Virus record (IMG/VR): IMGVR_UViG_3300032305_001094
Location: 1-44,957 of that record
Strand: one strand, 5' to 3'
DNA: 44,957 nucleotides
Origin: a virus
Lineage: Duplodnaviria; Caudoviricetes
The notes beneath the pieces were generated by a model. That model did no database searches. It was not told where the DNA came from and was given only the letters and a program-made list of their open reading frames with translations. Shown piece by piece: positions 26,501-32,944 of this stretch (position 1 is its first letter; each line of letters opens with the position of its first letter). A program made the position numbers and the translations under genes.

Positions 26501-27006
26501 GATCCATCAAGCATTACCTTGTTCATGATAGATGCTTCGTGTCTTGCTAATGCGGTCTTGTGCTTTATTGAATCTAAGCCTTTTGCAACATGAACTTGAT
26601 ATTGCATAAGTCCTTGTGCATTTTTACCTAAAGGCTGAACAACTGCATTCTCAAGCATTACCTGCTGTCTTGCAAGATCTTTTATTAATCCGCCAGAACT
26701 TTTAGTATTATCTCTCCATACCCTAAAATATTGATTTAGCTTTAATCTTCCTGAGTCTAAATTTTTACCAAACTTTTCTACATCAGAATTTAGTGTTACA
26801 AAGTGTGTAGCGTATTGCCCAGTAGAACGCAAAGTCTCGGCGAATTGCTTATTCATTACAGCAATTTGTTGTCCGAGCCTTGCGTTAGTTCCTACTGTTG
26901 TTTCTTGGAGTTTTAAGAGTTGGGCAGTAAGCCCCGCTAGTTGAGCTCTTAGGCTCGTAAAGTCTGCGTGGGCGGTAATGTTGGTGGTGATTAAATTATC
27001 TGCCAT
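14533..27006 (-). CDS. Giant tape measure protein (4157 aa) carrying ADP-ribosyltransferase, CHAP, LysM, Zn-peptidase and lysozyme-like domains
   Basis: Follows the G/GT chaperones; TP901-type TMP core (TVGLTVPL...ANALKS...LEQLFG), hydrophobic segments and multiple GG-box motifs. The cargo motifs are described under findings. Confidence 0.93.
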   Translation of the reverse strand: MADNLITTNITAHADFTSLRAQLAGLTAQLLKLQETTVGTNARLGQQIAVMNKQFAETLRSTGQYATHFVTLNSDVEKFGKNLDSGRLKLNQYFRVWRDNTKSSGGLIKDLARQQVMLENAVVQPLGKNAQGLMQYQVHVAKGLDSIKHKTALARHEASIMNKVMLDGSNQLINWGKNTQWAGRQLTVGLTVPLAAFGMAAQRAFLDANTEVVRLIKVYGGLSATSKAELAQVQKDVEATAKAMASSYGVAYKDTIALAADMAATGKQGNDLIKATEQTTRLAVLGEVDRQQAMKATLAIQNAFRQNTDELTQSIDFLNAVENQTSTSLEDLTEAIPKAGPVIQAMGGSIQDLALYMTAMKEGGIDASSGANALKSALAALVNPTGVAVDMFKGFGIDLKGIVSKNAGDLTATIMGLQSALDSLDPLQKQQALEQLFGKFQFARMNALFANLGKQGSQTLQVLDLMKASSADLAAVSSRELSMITESASGKYKRALASVQADLAQIGNQFLTISTYVLNVISGIVKFFNQLPDPIQKMLGFLGGLTAIAGPLIMLTGVLGNFVGYVIKGVFHLKSLLKGGQGFKLLTPEIIAAMEAGKGLQAEFYSDAEATKVLTSAVNTLAQSFTNLEIKANAARVSMNPAITTVANGVILPGQAHIGGASARVVDPNNPLVGSPYSRQMAHLTPAGTPQQGSIFGVVPNPGPVNLRIGKNPQAYMDGDLPKIPGLTSIGGVSTGIVAAEAAKWHAMTAAIAMQSEAEIKVLKAEVMSTGTVTSSLSDSYQALLPQFSKITKTAAAEVAQIVEQVKASKITVEQARARIITLNAQVEAMLVSTTAQVAAGMGRTASLSTVPLTGQPAVTATGRSNMKELFHKGPTATMVDRIARALGGVRTSGAGYSIHTTVPRFNDGGLVESFGSNKTQVSGPASVNYDDRLGSVPVGGYVLNQAASMDPRNRPLVEAASSTYQGGGEITAMLTPKETVFGAGIQRNPELLKAVDAANNGTPLTAHMGGGHITLDRPNYGALTPKALAALIAKITRRGPKLSPEIAQGRNLQLTAEEAIEYQARTFGPSTRRASMGADRTYYYVGNWGGRLRASVNSALPHGAAKKTDIVYDLMHGSAEEALPSLTRFLQVHKVRPERIAELTGRARDNIVRDLSGTGKIGEAEWTRIQHKQYLEIAKELRLKKQYLESLNIPGQRRAKSLDPSRNGYDRETAISPYNAADLKTLDELNELHGTAYMGSYRSYEIGKIDGKPTVLAHMMPEFALGGPIVKAKRNYGLVMGQMGIPMFRGSYKSPLTIHPEQQALMERQQAAYWAKLPKDKNGDVWHTPAELDLIRKGKMVMGSRPMPKSFYQDLSNDDPLHGTLQIGRYVPPLHVRNQYVGERVRYSSPTNWRGREGISTPAFASGTLETRARTALFRYMQGDYSAIGDPAVQAYLSAIRTKFTGTLHRGVKDVGSLPPTIRELIRQGRWSDLVGKEFIMRRSSWSTNADTAEGFGQLQMVASVKNRNAVPASEIFPDLTFQSPKGPVPVNESEVYMGGKFRIVAAGKDRLKLEAVYDAARENGGPVNAGRPYLVGEKGPEVFVPRNSGGIIPSYALGGMIRRGKNSYGRKGNPAARAAQEAAKRARAAAYIPAQTDAPEFREGPMSVGRTTIVGNGGVRTNVYAPQGSLPYMPALRLPFQAFNNNLTAAFSSIGANLKSVGASLKLASTKLIANVKTIPGQIKSSFTPMANSIKNIGNQIVVATRAAGNSIKAAGSYVNGWIRPQMYGTVAPGVSGTGPASTFAANLRYSTGNMLHPITYIQNKMAGGAVREQPKPIMGPDGKPMIDKATGQPYMTQPGRPAPRFTGTGMVTQAGASLGGYALGSKVGGSTGGIIGSIAAPLAVQGIFRAGAAIKAAGGIGAALGGGGIASGAAALAGLALPLAVVATAVVVGIKLWKDHKESMRLNALGYGMTAEAAAKAGLKFKDYNLSLKETVERAKNIRQAQQLMFQSMTGSGTPLNISISEFKKLKKTVKEQFADQIKLINKTSADDQMDLAMRLKTQFISMGMTAEEATKKIYTMYTLSNFAQDATLYTVQSEGFNKIKTAIDAAVDSLRIYNDAVKNKLDPTEQANAFNTAQMGITAAVEEDQKIALKNRKADKSKPSFVSSGEEKQIMWDAELAAIEKINSKQDAQTTITQETINELRAANSVIGEMIDLQDTNVSIWQKERLVVRGYAQDLLGLNAQQVNALYLLQMAATKSIEAIGRQTFLKTQYKELDRLKGLQEKYTKALKGQSVAQQISDRDRLSSLQKQVDANNKLAAARIKALDAAKQENDIAIQIAKKQAEYDAALATGNTAAAQQASLDIQGLQSDLQYNAQVKAIQDATDFANAPLLRQIEIIQNKQKNLSDAAALAGEKLGDVSTAIGKQESAIGTLITAMANYRTALQQNKDQLAAWKDTPEAKGMLAAITSAAQALKVDLSPYPVDPKTGKPGVDAGKGLYDSISSGLEASLIKSGIIVNGDVYVNGKKVASFGGALKQADSSQVAGGTSGSGASKKYYNAAGQEVTKKVYDDLPQRSDNGRSGSGYKDFIIPNQTLANKLFANFGDVNEAFRKAFDNKTKVVIQGNTYGIDGQVWMGTDTTKEVLGYWLNSTASKKVKTFKQGGPIYGAGTATSDSIPALLSNGEYVVRASAVKKYGVEHFDALNAQRFSTGGLAAAIRKDPTLRGLTSPLGTRERMIDTATAQLGISEEKVVDGEGNNVTKYSRWINELKNLGSNVVTWCGTFIQWAAAMSDVKIPDTFHTAGGARNFAGLQQLVNAAMDLPTAKDKFSYSTPYPEMADFKVSRSRNNENEDGKFIGSQKNIKAYEAAYAKWEKEIKLPEDLARDRRLEKTSDIGWANVLKNPPMPGDILYLNWAMNPKNEYDSAIPNRIRHAALVTKISGMKDINGVPGYWIDSIDGNMGDSVQRNNYELTRANMRYNPLVAYARPSYKPSKAGMLADIFSNLFNTNENDTYTVKRDKTLPQIAKTLKISYEDLAKLNPEYLRGNIVYAGTEINIPKAKAPVKRAGGGAVFGAGTATSDSIPALLSNGEYVIKAASVAKYGVGTFDALNTQRFAQGGPVLPNILSNEVGTTARSTGAPMGGPFGVLGRGVQDLGSLGYEMLMSTVNSAKFLGGMALNKPNWMSPEDEKMYRKAMLDAQTGNASGALGRVAGRTAMSLFNVYPKVVPWNKIWAQAGLKDLPGQTEWFLANLPSAMPDIYNHYFGDKARKYSEGGVVAKIKAALKKRLNNESVVPKVVGGKSDTYNTDTEVVGKFTDSERQVSEFMHAWIGLLNTYYGAKYENLFKKNKKASLLSNPITTDLQVAGPRDYYAIGNHPGVGIAFSGDDVEDKHGGQVFMMPAGLSAYAKNLLMPTLTGLRAPGPVAPTDLKITDPDKFNYKEYSDRISKNILTNDDAKMDILGVLTHEFGHQIQSRFMESGVLGHANTASKIFKDKNGKPLKKGDGYEMNADMLSGAMISEMYNAGYMKNIVKAESITKYLKKEYLKYAAPKVGATDITPGDDPHARDSMYRFRAYIEGFKDKNTDRALADYFGVSPQDLLGDPKKAKSVVDTLSNYKLKSEYFDENAQTRMPDLLNTKYAEILGLGVSGRVTVPHKALNIQTPRDFARALISAYGGTPTEPLIQGIQAWAMQEGGHWQNRALHNPLNTTLELPGSTKMNTVNAGTGTGVQAYTSWEQGLDATMQTLSFPNHGYEDIIKAFRDSKAKDAGGLFKAINKSDWGHPKYNFDVNSKWTQAMMRYNPAKVFGKDTKNPEWYSELPGGGLITIEVTPDENCEGPNCRKPGCVGPDCPSNTPPGKTIPGDKPDDNPWDPDIDWDKWWPEEEKYYSPKQRTLDYYQHVYPQRPMKKFTGTLKDAANSIPREKTKMGVSITSPSSVYDIFEWGGKKWAKNKMGAGELFEAQDYPNVDWPLGAQVIDGKIMNVIDRPYGEPFYYHPTGGIGTSNRNPKWPGTNIPSVATMYHNMMEKFFLTANGETGFESGFLTRSDVKRWKTWKEKDHSDSLLAKFANGGLVSNLNIPKFESGINMVPANMLAMLHKNEAVVPANMNPFNPNANNATMGGATYNITNNINGYDGDLNQLSNIITQRTMTAIKTLDSTNAKMVGTNKTVGIR
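17689..19074 (-). repeat. Two ~55-codon direct repeats (18910..19074 and 17689..17856) inside the TMP
   Basis: GAGTATSDSIPALLSNGEYV-x-x-A-x-x-V-x-KYGV-x-x-FDALN-x-QRF-x-x-GG occurs twice; core DNA differences are mostly at synonymous positions. Confidence 0.9.
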
Positions 27007-27015
27007 ATATATATG

Positions 27016-27390
27016 TTACTCTATAGAGTATCCTAATCCCGCTCCAATACCAAAGCCAGCTTGCGCTGCAAATGAGCCTTGTAGTGAAACAACGTCATCT
27101 GCTGATGTGTTTATTCCAAGCGCTCTTCTTTGAATATCTTCGAAGGATGACCCCTCCTCTTTTTCATTACTGCTATCATTTAATTCAATGCCCTGTATTG
27201 AAGCTAAGAACTTTCTTTTTTCCGATTCAGTTTTTTGCATTGCTTTAAATGTTATTACTAGTTCTGGCATTGAGAGGTTATCTTCTAGATCTTCGTAATT
27301 TTTCCAATTACCTAAAAGAAAAACTTCCCCTTCTAAAGCGGCTAAATCTAGTTCTGACCAGCCAGAACCGCTGCCGCTAGAAGGTTTGGG
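27016..27390 (-). CDS. Tail assembly chaperone GT extension (reached by -1 frameshift)
   Basis: The -1 frame is open from the slippery site C CCA AAC (27390..27384) through PSSGSGSGWSELDLAALEGEVFLLGNWKNYEDLEDNLSMPEL to the stop at 27016. Confidence 0.8.
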   Translation of the reverse strand, partial: PKPSSGSGSGWSELDLAALEGEVFLLGNWKNYEDLEDNLSMPELVITFKAMQKTESEKRKFLASIQGIELNDSSNEKEEGSSFEDIQRRALGINTSADDVVSLQGSFAAQAGFGIGAGLGYSIE

Positions 27391-27680
27391 TCGTCCATCT
27401 TAATCCCGCCACAGACTTCAAGAATGCGATTGATCGTTGGAACATCCAAAACATCTTCAAATGCGTCTCTGTCTTTTACCAAATCTGGTAGCTGCTTTTC
27501 TAGTGCTACTGCACAAGCATCAATTAGAATTGTAAGTGTTTCATCTTCTGTTGTTGCATCTGCTGTTTTACCGATAGCTGCCATAAACTTGCGAAGCTCT
27601 TTAATTGTTAAAGGCTTTAGCTTTACGTTTGCTCCGTTTGCTAGTTGAATTTCTTCAACATCATATACTGTACTTGCCAT
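27348..27680 (-). CDS. Tail assembly chaperone (gpG-like)
   Basis: Between the major tail protein and the TMP; LKPLTIKE motif; GGAGG RBS; slippery heptamer near the 3' end. Confidence 0.85.
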   Translation of the reverse strand: MASTVYDVEEIQLANGANVKLKPLTIKELRKFMAAIGKTADATTEDETLTILIDACAVALEKQLPDLVKDRDAFEDVLDVPTINRILEVCGGIKMDDPNLLAAAVLAGQN

Positions 27681-27709
27681 TTTAATCCTCCTAGGATTCT
27701 GTCTTAATT

Positions 27710-27738
27710 ATTGTATCATATGCAAAATATAATAGCAA
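27710..27738 (-). promoter_or_regulatory. Promoter TTGCTA-17-TACAAT (TGn extended -10)
   Basis: Immediately downstream of the major-tail terminator. Confidence 0.6.
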
Positions 27739-27770
27739 TAAAAAACCCCCCAATTTCTTGGGGGGCTTTT
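27739..27770 (-). terminator. Intrinsic terminator after the major tail gene
   Basis: Minus strand AAAAGCCCCCCAA-gaaa-TTGGGGGGTTTTTT. Confidence 0.85.
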
Positions 27771-27789
27771 ATTAATTAATTAATATTAA

Positions 27790-28542
27790 TTATAACCAGG
27801 TACGATCTACGATTGTACCGTATTCTGCACCAGAGTAATTACCGTCTGGGAGCAGACGGAATGTTACTGGGAATGTTGACGCAGCGTTACGAGCCAAAGA
27901 GAACTGTGACTGTTGTACAGAAAGAACACGACGTCCGTAATATACACGCTCAGTCTTTGATGATGATGCAGTTGTTGGAGCCTGCCCAATTGCAACTAGC
28001 TGACGCTCAACTGGAGCTTCTCCTAGTGCACCTGCTGCAAGACCTAATTCTGAACCATTAAGTGTTGCTGATGACTGACCGAATACAGCAAGAACGTTCT
28101 CAAGAGTACCTTCTGCCATTTCTGTTGCAATCATAACTTCCATTGTTTCCTTGAATAGCTTAGCTGTATCAAGAAGCTGATCTACTGTTACTGAACCGTA
28201 TGATGGGTTGTATGTGATCTGAAGACCGTTGTTTGTGTAACCTACGTTGCGGTAAGCATTTCCTGCTGCTGCTGGTGTTGCTCCAGTTTGTACTGTTGCA
28301 TCAATTGCATTAAGAGTCTTTGTGTAAGATTCTCCTGGAACGTAACCAGTTACTGGTGTTCCTGTTCCTGCTTCTCCATTAACGAATGCTGGGACGCGAC
28401 GGTTCTTACCAACTGTTCCTGCTTTTGCTGTTCCTGGTACTAAGTTTTCGATGTATCCTGATGTTGTTGAATCTTCTACTGAAAGAAACAGTGGTGATGC
28501 ACCAACGAGAATATTTCTAGCATTTCCTGTATTTTGTGCCAT
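27790..28542 (-). CDS. Major tail (tube) protein
   Basis: GYTNNGLQITY...VDQL motif, GGAGG RBS before the ATG at 28542, own promoter and terminator. Confidence 0.85.
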   Translation of the reverse strand: MAQNTGNARNILVGASPLFLSVEDSTTSGYIENLVPGTAKAGTVGKNRRVPAFVNGEAGTGTPVTGYVPGESYTKTLNAIDATVQTGATPAAAGNAYRNVGYTNNGLQITYNPSYGSVTVDQLLDTAKLFKETMEVMIATEMAEGTLENVLAVFGQSSATLNGSELGLAAGALGEAPVERQLVAIGQAPTTASSSKTERVYYGRRVLSVQQSQFSLARNAASTFPVTFRLLPDGNYSGAEYGTIVDRTWL

Positions 28543-28630
28543 TTGTAAAACCTCCATTATTAAATAAATATATATATTGACTTACTTTTAAATCTAAATC
28601 AAAGCTGGCTAGGCTTTTTCCTCTTAGCTA

Positions 28631-28659
28631 ATTTTACTGGATAACTGAACTAAACGCAA
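28631..28659 (-). promoter_or_regulatory. Promoter TTGCGT-17-TAAAAT
   Basis: Both hexamers are identical to those of the promoter at 34305..34333. Confidence 0.65.
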
Positions 28660-29169
28660 CTAGTTGAATCTGCCTCTGCCGTCCGTGGTCCTTGAGTACT
28701 TTACCTCCAGGATTACGTCGGTAGACATAAATCCCTTGAGCTCTATTGAAGGGTCTATGGGGGATGTCTCGACCACATGTATGCTATGGAATATTAATTT
28801 ATTGGTTTCTTTTGCCAGATTGGCATCTTTAGCAGACTCATCCATTCTTCTAAATAGGTCTACCATAAGGTTTCTAATTTCATAGATCTCTGTTACGTCT
28901 GTAGAGTATATGGTAAATAAAATCTTCTCACAGCATATAAGCCAATTCTCCTCATAAGACAATCCTATCTTGTCATAGACTATATGCTTTTTGCCGTTTA
29001 AAAATTGATCAAATTCTGGAGATTGCTGTACTGGGACAAGTGGGACTATTTCTCTACCTAGGCTGTCTGAGTAATAATCATATGGATTGAATATGCCTGA
29101 AGACTTTAATTCTTTCCACAAGAATTTGCGAAGCTCAAACATTGCGTCTATTTTATAATCTATTGTCAT
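28660..29169 (-). CDS. Putative tail terminator/completion protein
   Basis: Synteny (immediately before the major tail gene) and size. Confidence 0.6.
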   Translation of the reverse strand: MTIDYKIDAMFELRKFLWKELKSSGIFNPYDYYSDSLGREIVPLVPVQQSPEFDQFLNGKKHIVYDKIGLSYEENWLICCEKILFTIYSTDVTEIYEIRNLMVDLFRRMDESAKDANLAKETNKLIFHSIHVVETSPIDPSIELKGFMSTDVILEVKYSRTTDGRGRFN

Positions 29170-29954
29170 AGTGAGCCTCCAAATGCTGACTCTAATGCCG
29201 CATCAGCCTGTAGTCTTATTTTACCAGCACTAAAGCTATATTGCACTTTTCTTATGTTCATTGGAAGACTTAATGCTTTTGTTATTTTTGAGTTAAATAT
29301 TCTTTGTAGCCCTGATGACTTTATTGAAGAATTTACTAGAGGCCCACCAAAAAATCTTCCATAGGATAAAGAAAATTGGTGAGATGCCTGGGAACCACCA
29401 GGCTTTCCAACGGTGACTGAGCTACCTTTTGGCATGAAGACTGTCTCACCATCCATTTCAAATACAAGTCGCTCAGCGGACCTTGGGCGGATTACTACGG
29501 GCATCCCAGCTTCCATGACATCAGCTTTATTTGCAAAGACATATTTCTTTTTTTGTTTTTTGTCTTTAGATGGCACGGGAGATTTAGACAATTTAAAGTT
29601 ATAATTTATTTTGAATGATAGTCCGTTTGTGCCAATTGTATATAGATTAAATAATCTTGCTGTCGGGACGCCAGCCTTATTCCATTCGTATACGTGGTGT
29701 AAGGACTTTGGCTTAACTCTTGCTTGGGCATCAACATAATTTCCAAAGTCTTTTTCTATTTGATTAAATATAGTTGTTTTAAATAAATTCTTAAACTCAT
29801 CATTTGCAGTAAGCTTTGAAAGCACCATTGCATCATAATAAAGAAATGCAGAAATTTGTGCAACCGTGCTATCTTTAAGTATCCCTGGCGCTGTACCTGC
29901 CATAAGTCTTTCAAGCCCGCTAGCAGCTTGAATTAAAGCTACGCTAGAATCCAA
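29166..29954 (-). CDS. Putative neck/tail-completion protein
   Basis: Basic protein in the neck cluster; probable TTG start at 29954 with an AGGA RBS (track start 30044). Confidence 0.55.
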   Translation of the reverse strand: MDSSVALIQAASGLERLMAGTAPGILKDSTVAQISAFLYYDAMVLSKLTANDEFKNLFKTTIFNQIEKDFGNYVDAQARVKPKSLHHVYEWNKAGVPTARLFNLYTIGTNGLSFKINYNFKLSKSPVPSKDKKQKKKYVFANKADVMEAGMPVVIRPRSAERLVFEMDGETVFMPKGSSVTVGKPGGSQASHQFSLSYGRFFGGPLVNSSIKSSGLQRIFNSKITKALSLPMNIRKVQYSFSAGKIRLQADAALESAFGGSL

Positions 29955-30369
29955 TTTCCTGATTCTCTGATCTCTTTGCAATAGAGTTATATGCAATAAC
30001 ATTTCCGAATGGGTCAGTGATTGGTGTAGAGCTGATAACTTCAAATACTGTTGGGGTATTGTTTGGATAATTTATCTCTTTCCAAACCACATTGCCATTC
30101 ATGTCTCTAACATTTGTAACCTTTTCTCTATAGGTTATTGGGTCTGGTGTTCTTATTTCAAGCATCTGTTCATTTGAATACTTGTTACTAAACACTTGTC
30201 TGTCCCCGCCTCTTCCAGAACCAGAATTTGAAATTATTCCTTTAGCCGAACATGGAACAGATCTAGTAAAAATCCATTCCTTTTTAATGGCACCAGTATT
30301 TTCATCTTGAGTGTCTAATTGAAGATAGATGTCTAGCTTCATTGGCATTAATGAAGTTGCTAGGCTCAT
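29944..30369 (-). CDS. Putative head-closure (stopper) protein
   Basis: QDENTGAIKKEW pattern resembling SPP1 gp16-like proteins; synteny. Confidence 0.6.
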   Translation of the reverse strand: MSLATSLMPMKLDIYLQLDTQDENTGAIKKEWIFTRSVPCSAKGIISNSGSGRGGDRQVFSNKYSNEQMLEIRTPDPITYREKVTNVRDMNGNVVWKEINYPNNTPTVFEVISSTPITDPFGNVIAYNSIAKRSENQEIGF

Positions 30370-30370
30370 G

Positions 30371-31357
30371 TTAGAACGCTACCATTCCATTCAATACGTA
30401 TGGAGAAAGAAGCTGGTCTGCGTACAGGTTTCCAGTTCCTTTATGTGCATCTTGCAGGAATTCAAACTTCCAATCAAATGTACTAATATTTTTTACGTAC
30501 TTATCTTTCCAAGCACGATCTTGATCGAAGTACTGCTTAATTAATACTATGCATGCTTCTTCAACATTATCTGGTACAGACGACCATCCAAATCTTCCTT
30601 GAACAGAATATCTGCGATCTTTTCTAAATGCGGCAGAAAACCCTTGGTCGTTTATTGTAGGCTGAACCATTCCGTTTGCAGAATAAATCATGTCGTCCAT
30701 CAGCTGCTGTCTGTTTACCCTAATGCCAAACCCAGATTCAGAAATCATAGGGACGTATATCCAGTTTTTAACATTGTTTATATTGTCTATTAAAAGGACA
30801 TCGTTCTCATATACCTCATGAATTTCATTAAGTTTAAATGGCATAGGCAAAATGTCTGAACCTGAGCCATAAACAATTTGCTTGTCATCATATAAGTGGA
30901 AAACCTGATTAGTATAAATCTCAATAAGTTTTCTTGCATATTTTTCAGCCATCTGCAAGTCATGATATGACTTATAGTTTGGGTCAGAAGGATCTGTTCC
31001 AAAGTTTAAATCATCAATAATGTCTGACAGGTTTGCATATGGGGTTACTACGTCTGTAAAGTATATATGTGAGCCCTGATTATTATTAACCGTGTACCGC
31101 CATTCTACTTTAAATTTTCTATTTCTTCTGCAGAGTGCCAATGGCAAAACAACCTGATATGTTCCCATATCAGTTTCTAGCTTTGTAGCAGTAAATGTAC
31201 CCACTGGAACATTTGGGTTAACTGCTGGGTAAATGGTATTGTCTTCAGTAATATCATATACTACTGCTGTGACTGGTCCATCTGCGTCTACTAGTTCACC
31301 GCCCCAAAATATTTTTGTTTTAATTGGTGAAGTTTGATCTTTGTATATTTCTGCCAT
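30371..31357 (-). CDS. Head-tail adaptor with an N-terminal Ig-like domain
   Basis: PYANLSDI...ARKLIEIYTNQ...GRFGWSSVPDNVEEA...ADQLLSPY adaptor pattern. Confidence 0.75.
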   Translation of the reverse strand: MAEIYKDQTSPIKTKIFWGGELVDADGPVTAVVYDITEDNTIYPAVNPNVPVGTFTATKLETDMGTYQVVLPLALCRRNRKFKVEWRYTVNNNQGSHIYFTDVVTPYANLSDIIDDLNFGTDPSDPNYKSYHDLQMAEKYARKLIEIYTNQVFHLYDDKQIVYGSGSDILPMPFKLNEIHEVYENDVLLIDNINNVKNWIYVPMISESGFGIRVNRQQLMDDMIYSANGMVQPTINDQGFSAAFRKDRRYSVQGRFGWSSVPDNVEEACIVLIKQYFDQDRAWKDKYVKNISTFDWKFEFLQDAHKGTGNLYADQLLSPYVLNGMVAF

Positions 31358-31373
31358 TAACTTATGTTAACGT

Positions 31374-31766
31374 TTAGTTGTAGAAGTCTTGAACTTCCTT
31401 TGGTGTCGCTAAACGAAAACCCTCCTCTGTATCAAAGATTTTTTGAGCATCATCTTCAGACATTGCTATAAAAGGATGATCTTTTGTAAAGGTATATCCG
31501 TGGATATCGTATCTGTGATTATCTCTTGTCATTCTTACAAGCAGGGTATCTTCTGGTTGCGCTTTTGGATCAAACTTTGGAAGAATTTCAATTTCTTCTG
31601 TGTCTCTTTCAATTGCCTCTACCGTACTTTGATATACACTCCAGGTAACGCCTTCTTCTGCTAGAGCTGCAATAATGTCTTTTTTGTTCTTTAGGCCTTC
31701 TGTATCAACTGCAAAATCTGTTGCAATTACTTTTAATTCAGCCACCTTTAATGTGTCAAACGACAT
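31374..31766 (-). CDS. Hypothetical virion-module protein with an N-terminal Rho-N/HeH-like helix pair
   Basis: LKVAELKVIA...KKDIIAAL; AGGAG RBS. Confidence 0.65.
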   Translation of the reverse strand: MSFDTLKVAELKVIATDFAVDTEGLKNKKDIIAALAEEGVTWSVYQSTVEAIERDTEEIEILPKFDPKAQPEDTLLVRMTRDNHRYDIHGYTFTKDHPFIAMSEDDAQKIFDTEEGFRLATPKEVQDFYN

Positions 31767-31796
31767 ATTTTATTTCTCCTTTTTCTAGGTCCTTTA

Positions 31797-31805
31797 ATTA
31801 TAGCA
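31797..31805 (-). promoter_or_regulatory. Extended -10 promoter TGC-TATAAT
   Basis: Downstream of the capsid terminator and upstream of the neck genes. Confidence 0.55.
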
Positions 31806-31820
31806 TTGTTAAATTTAAAT

Positions 31821-31852
31821 GAAAAGCCCCCAAAATTAATTGGGGGCCTTTC
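31821..31852 (-). terminator. Intrinsic terminator after the major capsid gene
   Basis: Minus strand GAAAGGCCCCCAA-ttaatt-TTGGGGGCTTTTC. Confidence 0.85.
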
Positions 31853-31873
31853 TGTGGTCTAATTCTTAATTAA

Positions 31874-32923
31874 TTAAGAAGCAACCTTAACGTTCTTTAC
31901 AACGACCCAAGCGTCTGCCTGCTCGATTTGAACGCCAACACGAGTATACATTGTGTACTCAATTGTGTCCTTACGTGGCTGGAAGAAACGGTAAACAGTT
32001 ACATCACGCTTGATACCAATAACTACGTTATTTGGGAATGTCAAGTGGACGTCTCCGTGTGAACCTGATGGGCTTGCGTATGTACCTGTCTGTGTCTCAG
32101 GAAGCAATGGAACTTCAACGATTGGAATACCAAATGCGTATGGAGCTACATATCCTGCTGGACCTCCGAGAACTGGAACATCACCACGGATAATGCCAGA
32201 GGCAATATCTTGTGGAGTAACGTTCTGAATGTTCTGTGAGTTAGAGAACAAGTAATCCTGGATCAAGTTTGATCCAGCAAGGAAGCGAAGGTCTGTGCGA
32301 CGTTGCTTGTACTTGCGTGGCATAGCCTTTAGAGCTGAGTTAAATACGTTACGGGAAATTCCCGCACCTGCTGCATCTACTACTCGGCCATGTGTCTTTG
32401 CCTTCTTAACTGCACCGTCGAATGACTTGTACAGCGCATCGCTTGAAAGTGATGTATCACCGTTAAGAATAAGATCTTCGATGTCATTTCCAGCTTGTGT
32501 TGCCATCATACGTGCAATATGATCTTCAAGATCTGCACCTTCGATGTTGTCTTCTAGAGACTCAGTTGAAAGTTCCCAGTCCATGCGGAGCTTCTTTGTT
32601 GTGAGAGAGATCTTTGAGAATGTTACGCCTTGGTTTATGGCTGTGTTTTCTCCTTCGGATGCAAGCTTTACAAGCTTTTCTCCTACTGACATACGATCAA
32701 TTTCTGTTGTGTCGGATTTCATACGAACCGTACGTGCAACCTTACCAATTACGGTAGCATCGAACATATAGTCCAAGAATCTTGCTGATTGTTCTGGGTT
32801 TAGAAGTCCACCGTTGCCATTTTCTGAAGCAACATGAACGCCTGAACCACCTGTTGAAGAACCGAACCCAGTTGATACTGTTGTACCAGCTGCTGCGGCC
32901 TTTTCTAATAATTCATTACTCAT
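31874..32923 (-). CDS. Major capsid protein (HK97 fold)
   Basis: GGLLNPEQ, ELSTESLEDNIE, LILNGD and FGIPIV motifs; follows the protease-scaffold gene; AGGTG RBS. Confidence 0.92.
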   Translation of the reverse strand: MSNELLEKAAAAGTTVSTGFGSSTGGSGVHVASENGNGGLLNPEQSARFLDYMFDATVIGKVARTVRMKSDTTEIDRMSVGEKLVKLASEGENTAINQGVTFSKISLTTKKLRMDWELSTESLEDNIEGADLEDHIARMMATQAGNDIEDLILNGDTSLSSDALYKSFDGAVKKAKTHGRVVDAAGAGISRNVFNSALKAMPRKYKQRRTDLRFLAGSNLIQDYLFSNSQNIQNVTPQDIASGIIRGDVPVLGGPAGYVAPYAFGIPIVEVPLLPETQTGTYASPSGSHGDVHLTFPNNVVIGIKRDVTVYRFFQPRKDTIEYTMYTRVGVQIEQADAWVVVKNVKVAS

Positions 32924-32944
32924 TTTTATTTCACCTACCTTATT

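Noticed and set aside
28560-28630. Structured RNA in the leader of the major tail gene
   Set aside because: It has only a weak AAAGC/GCTTT pairing in AT-rich sequence, which is insufficient without covariation data.
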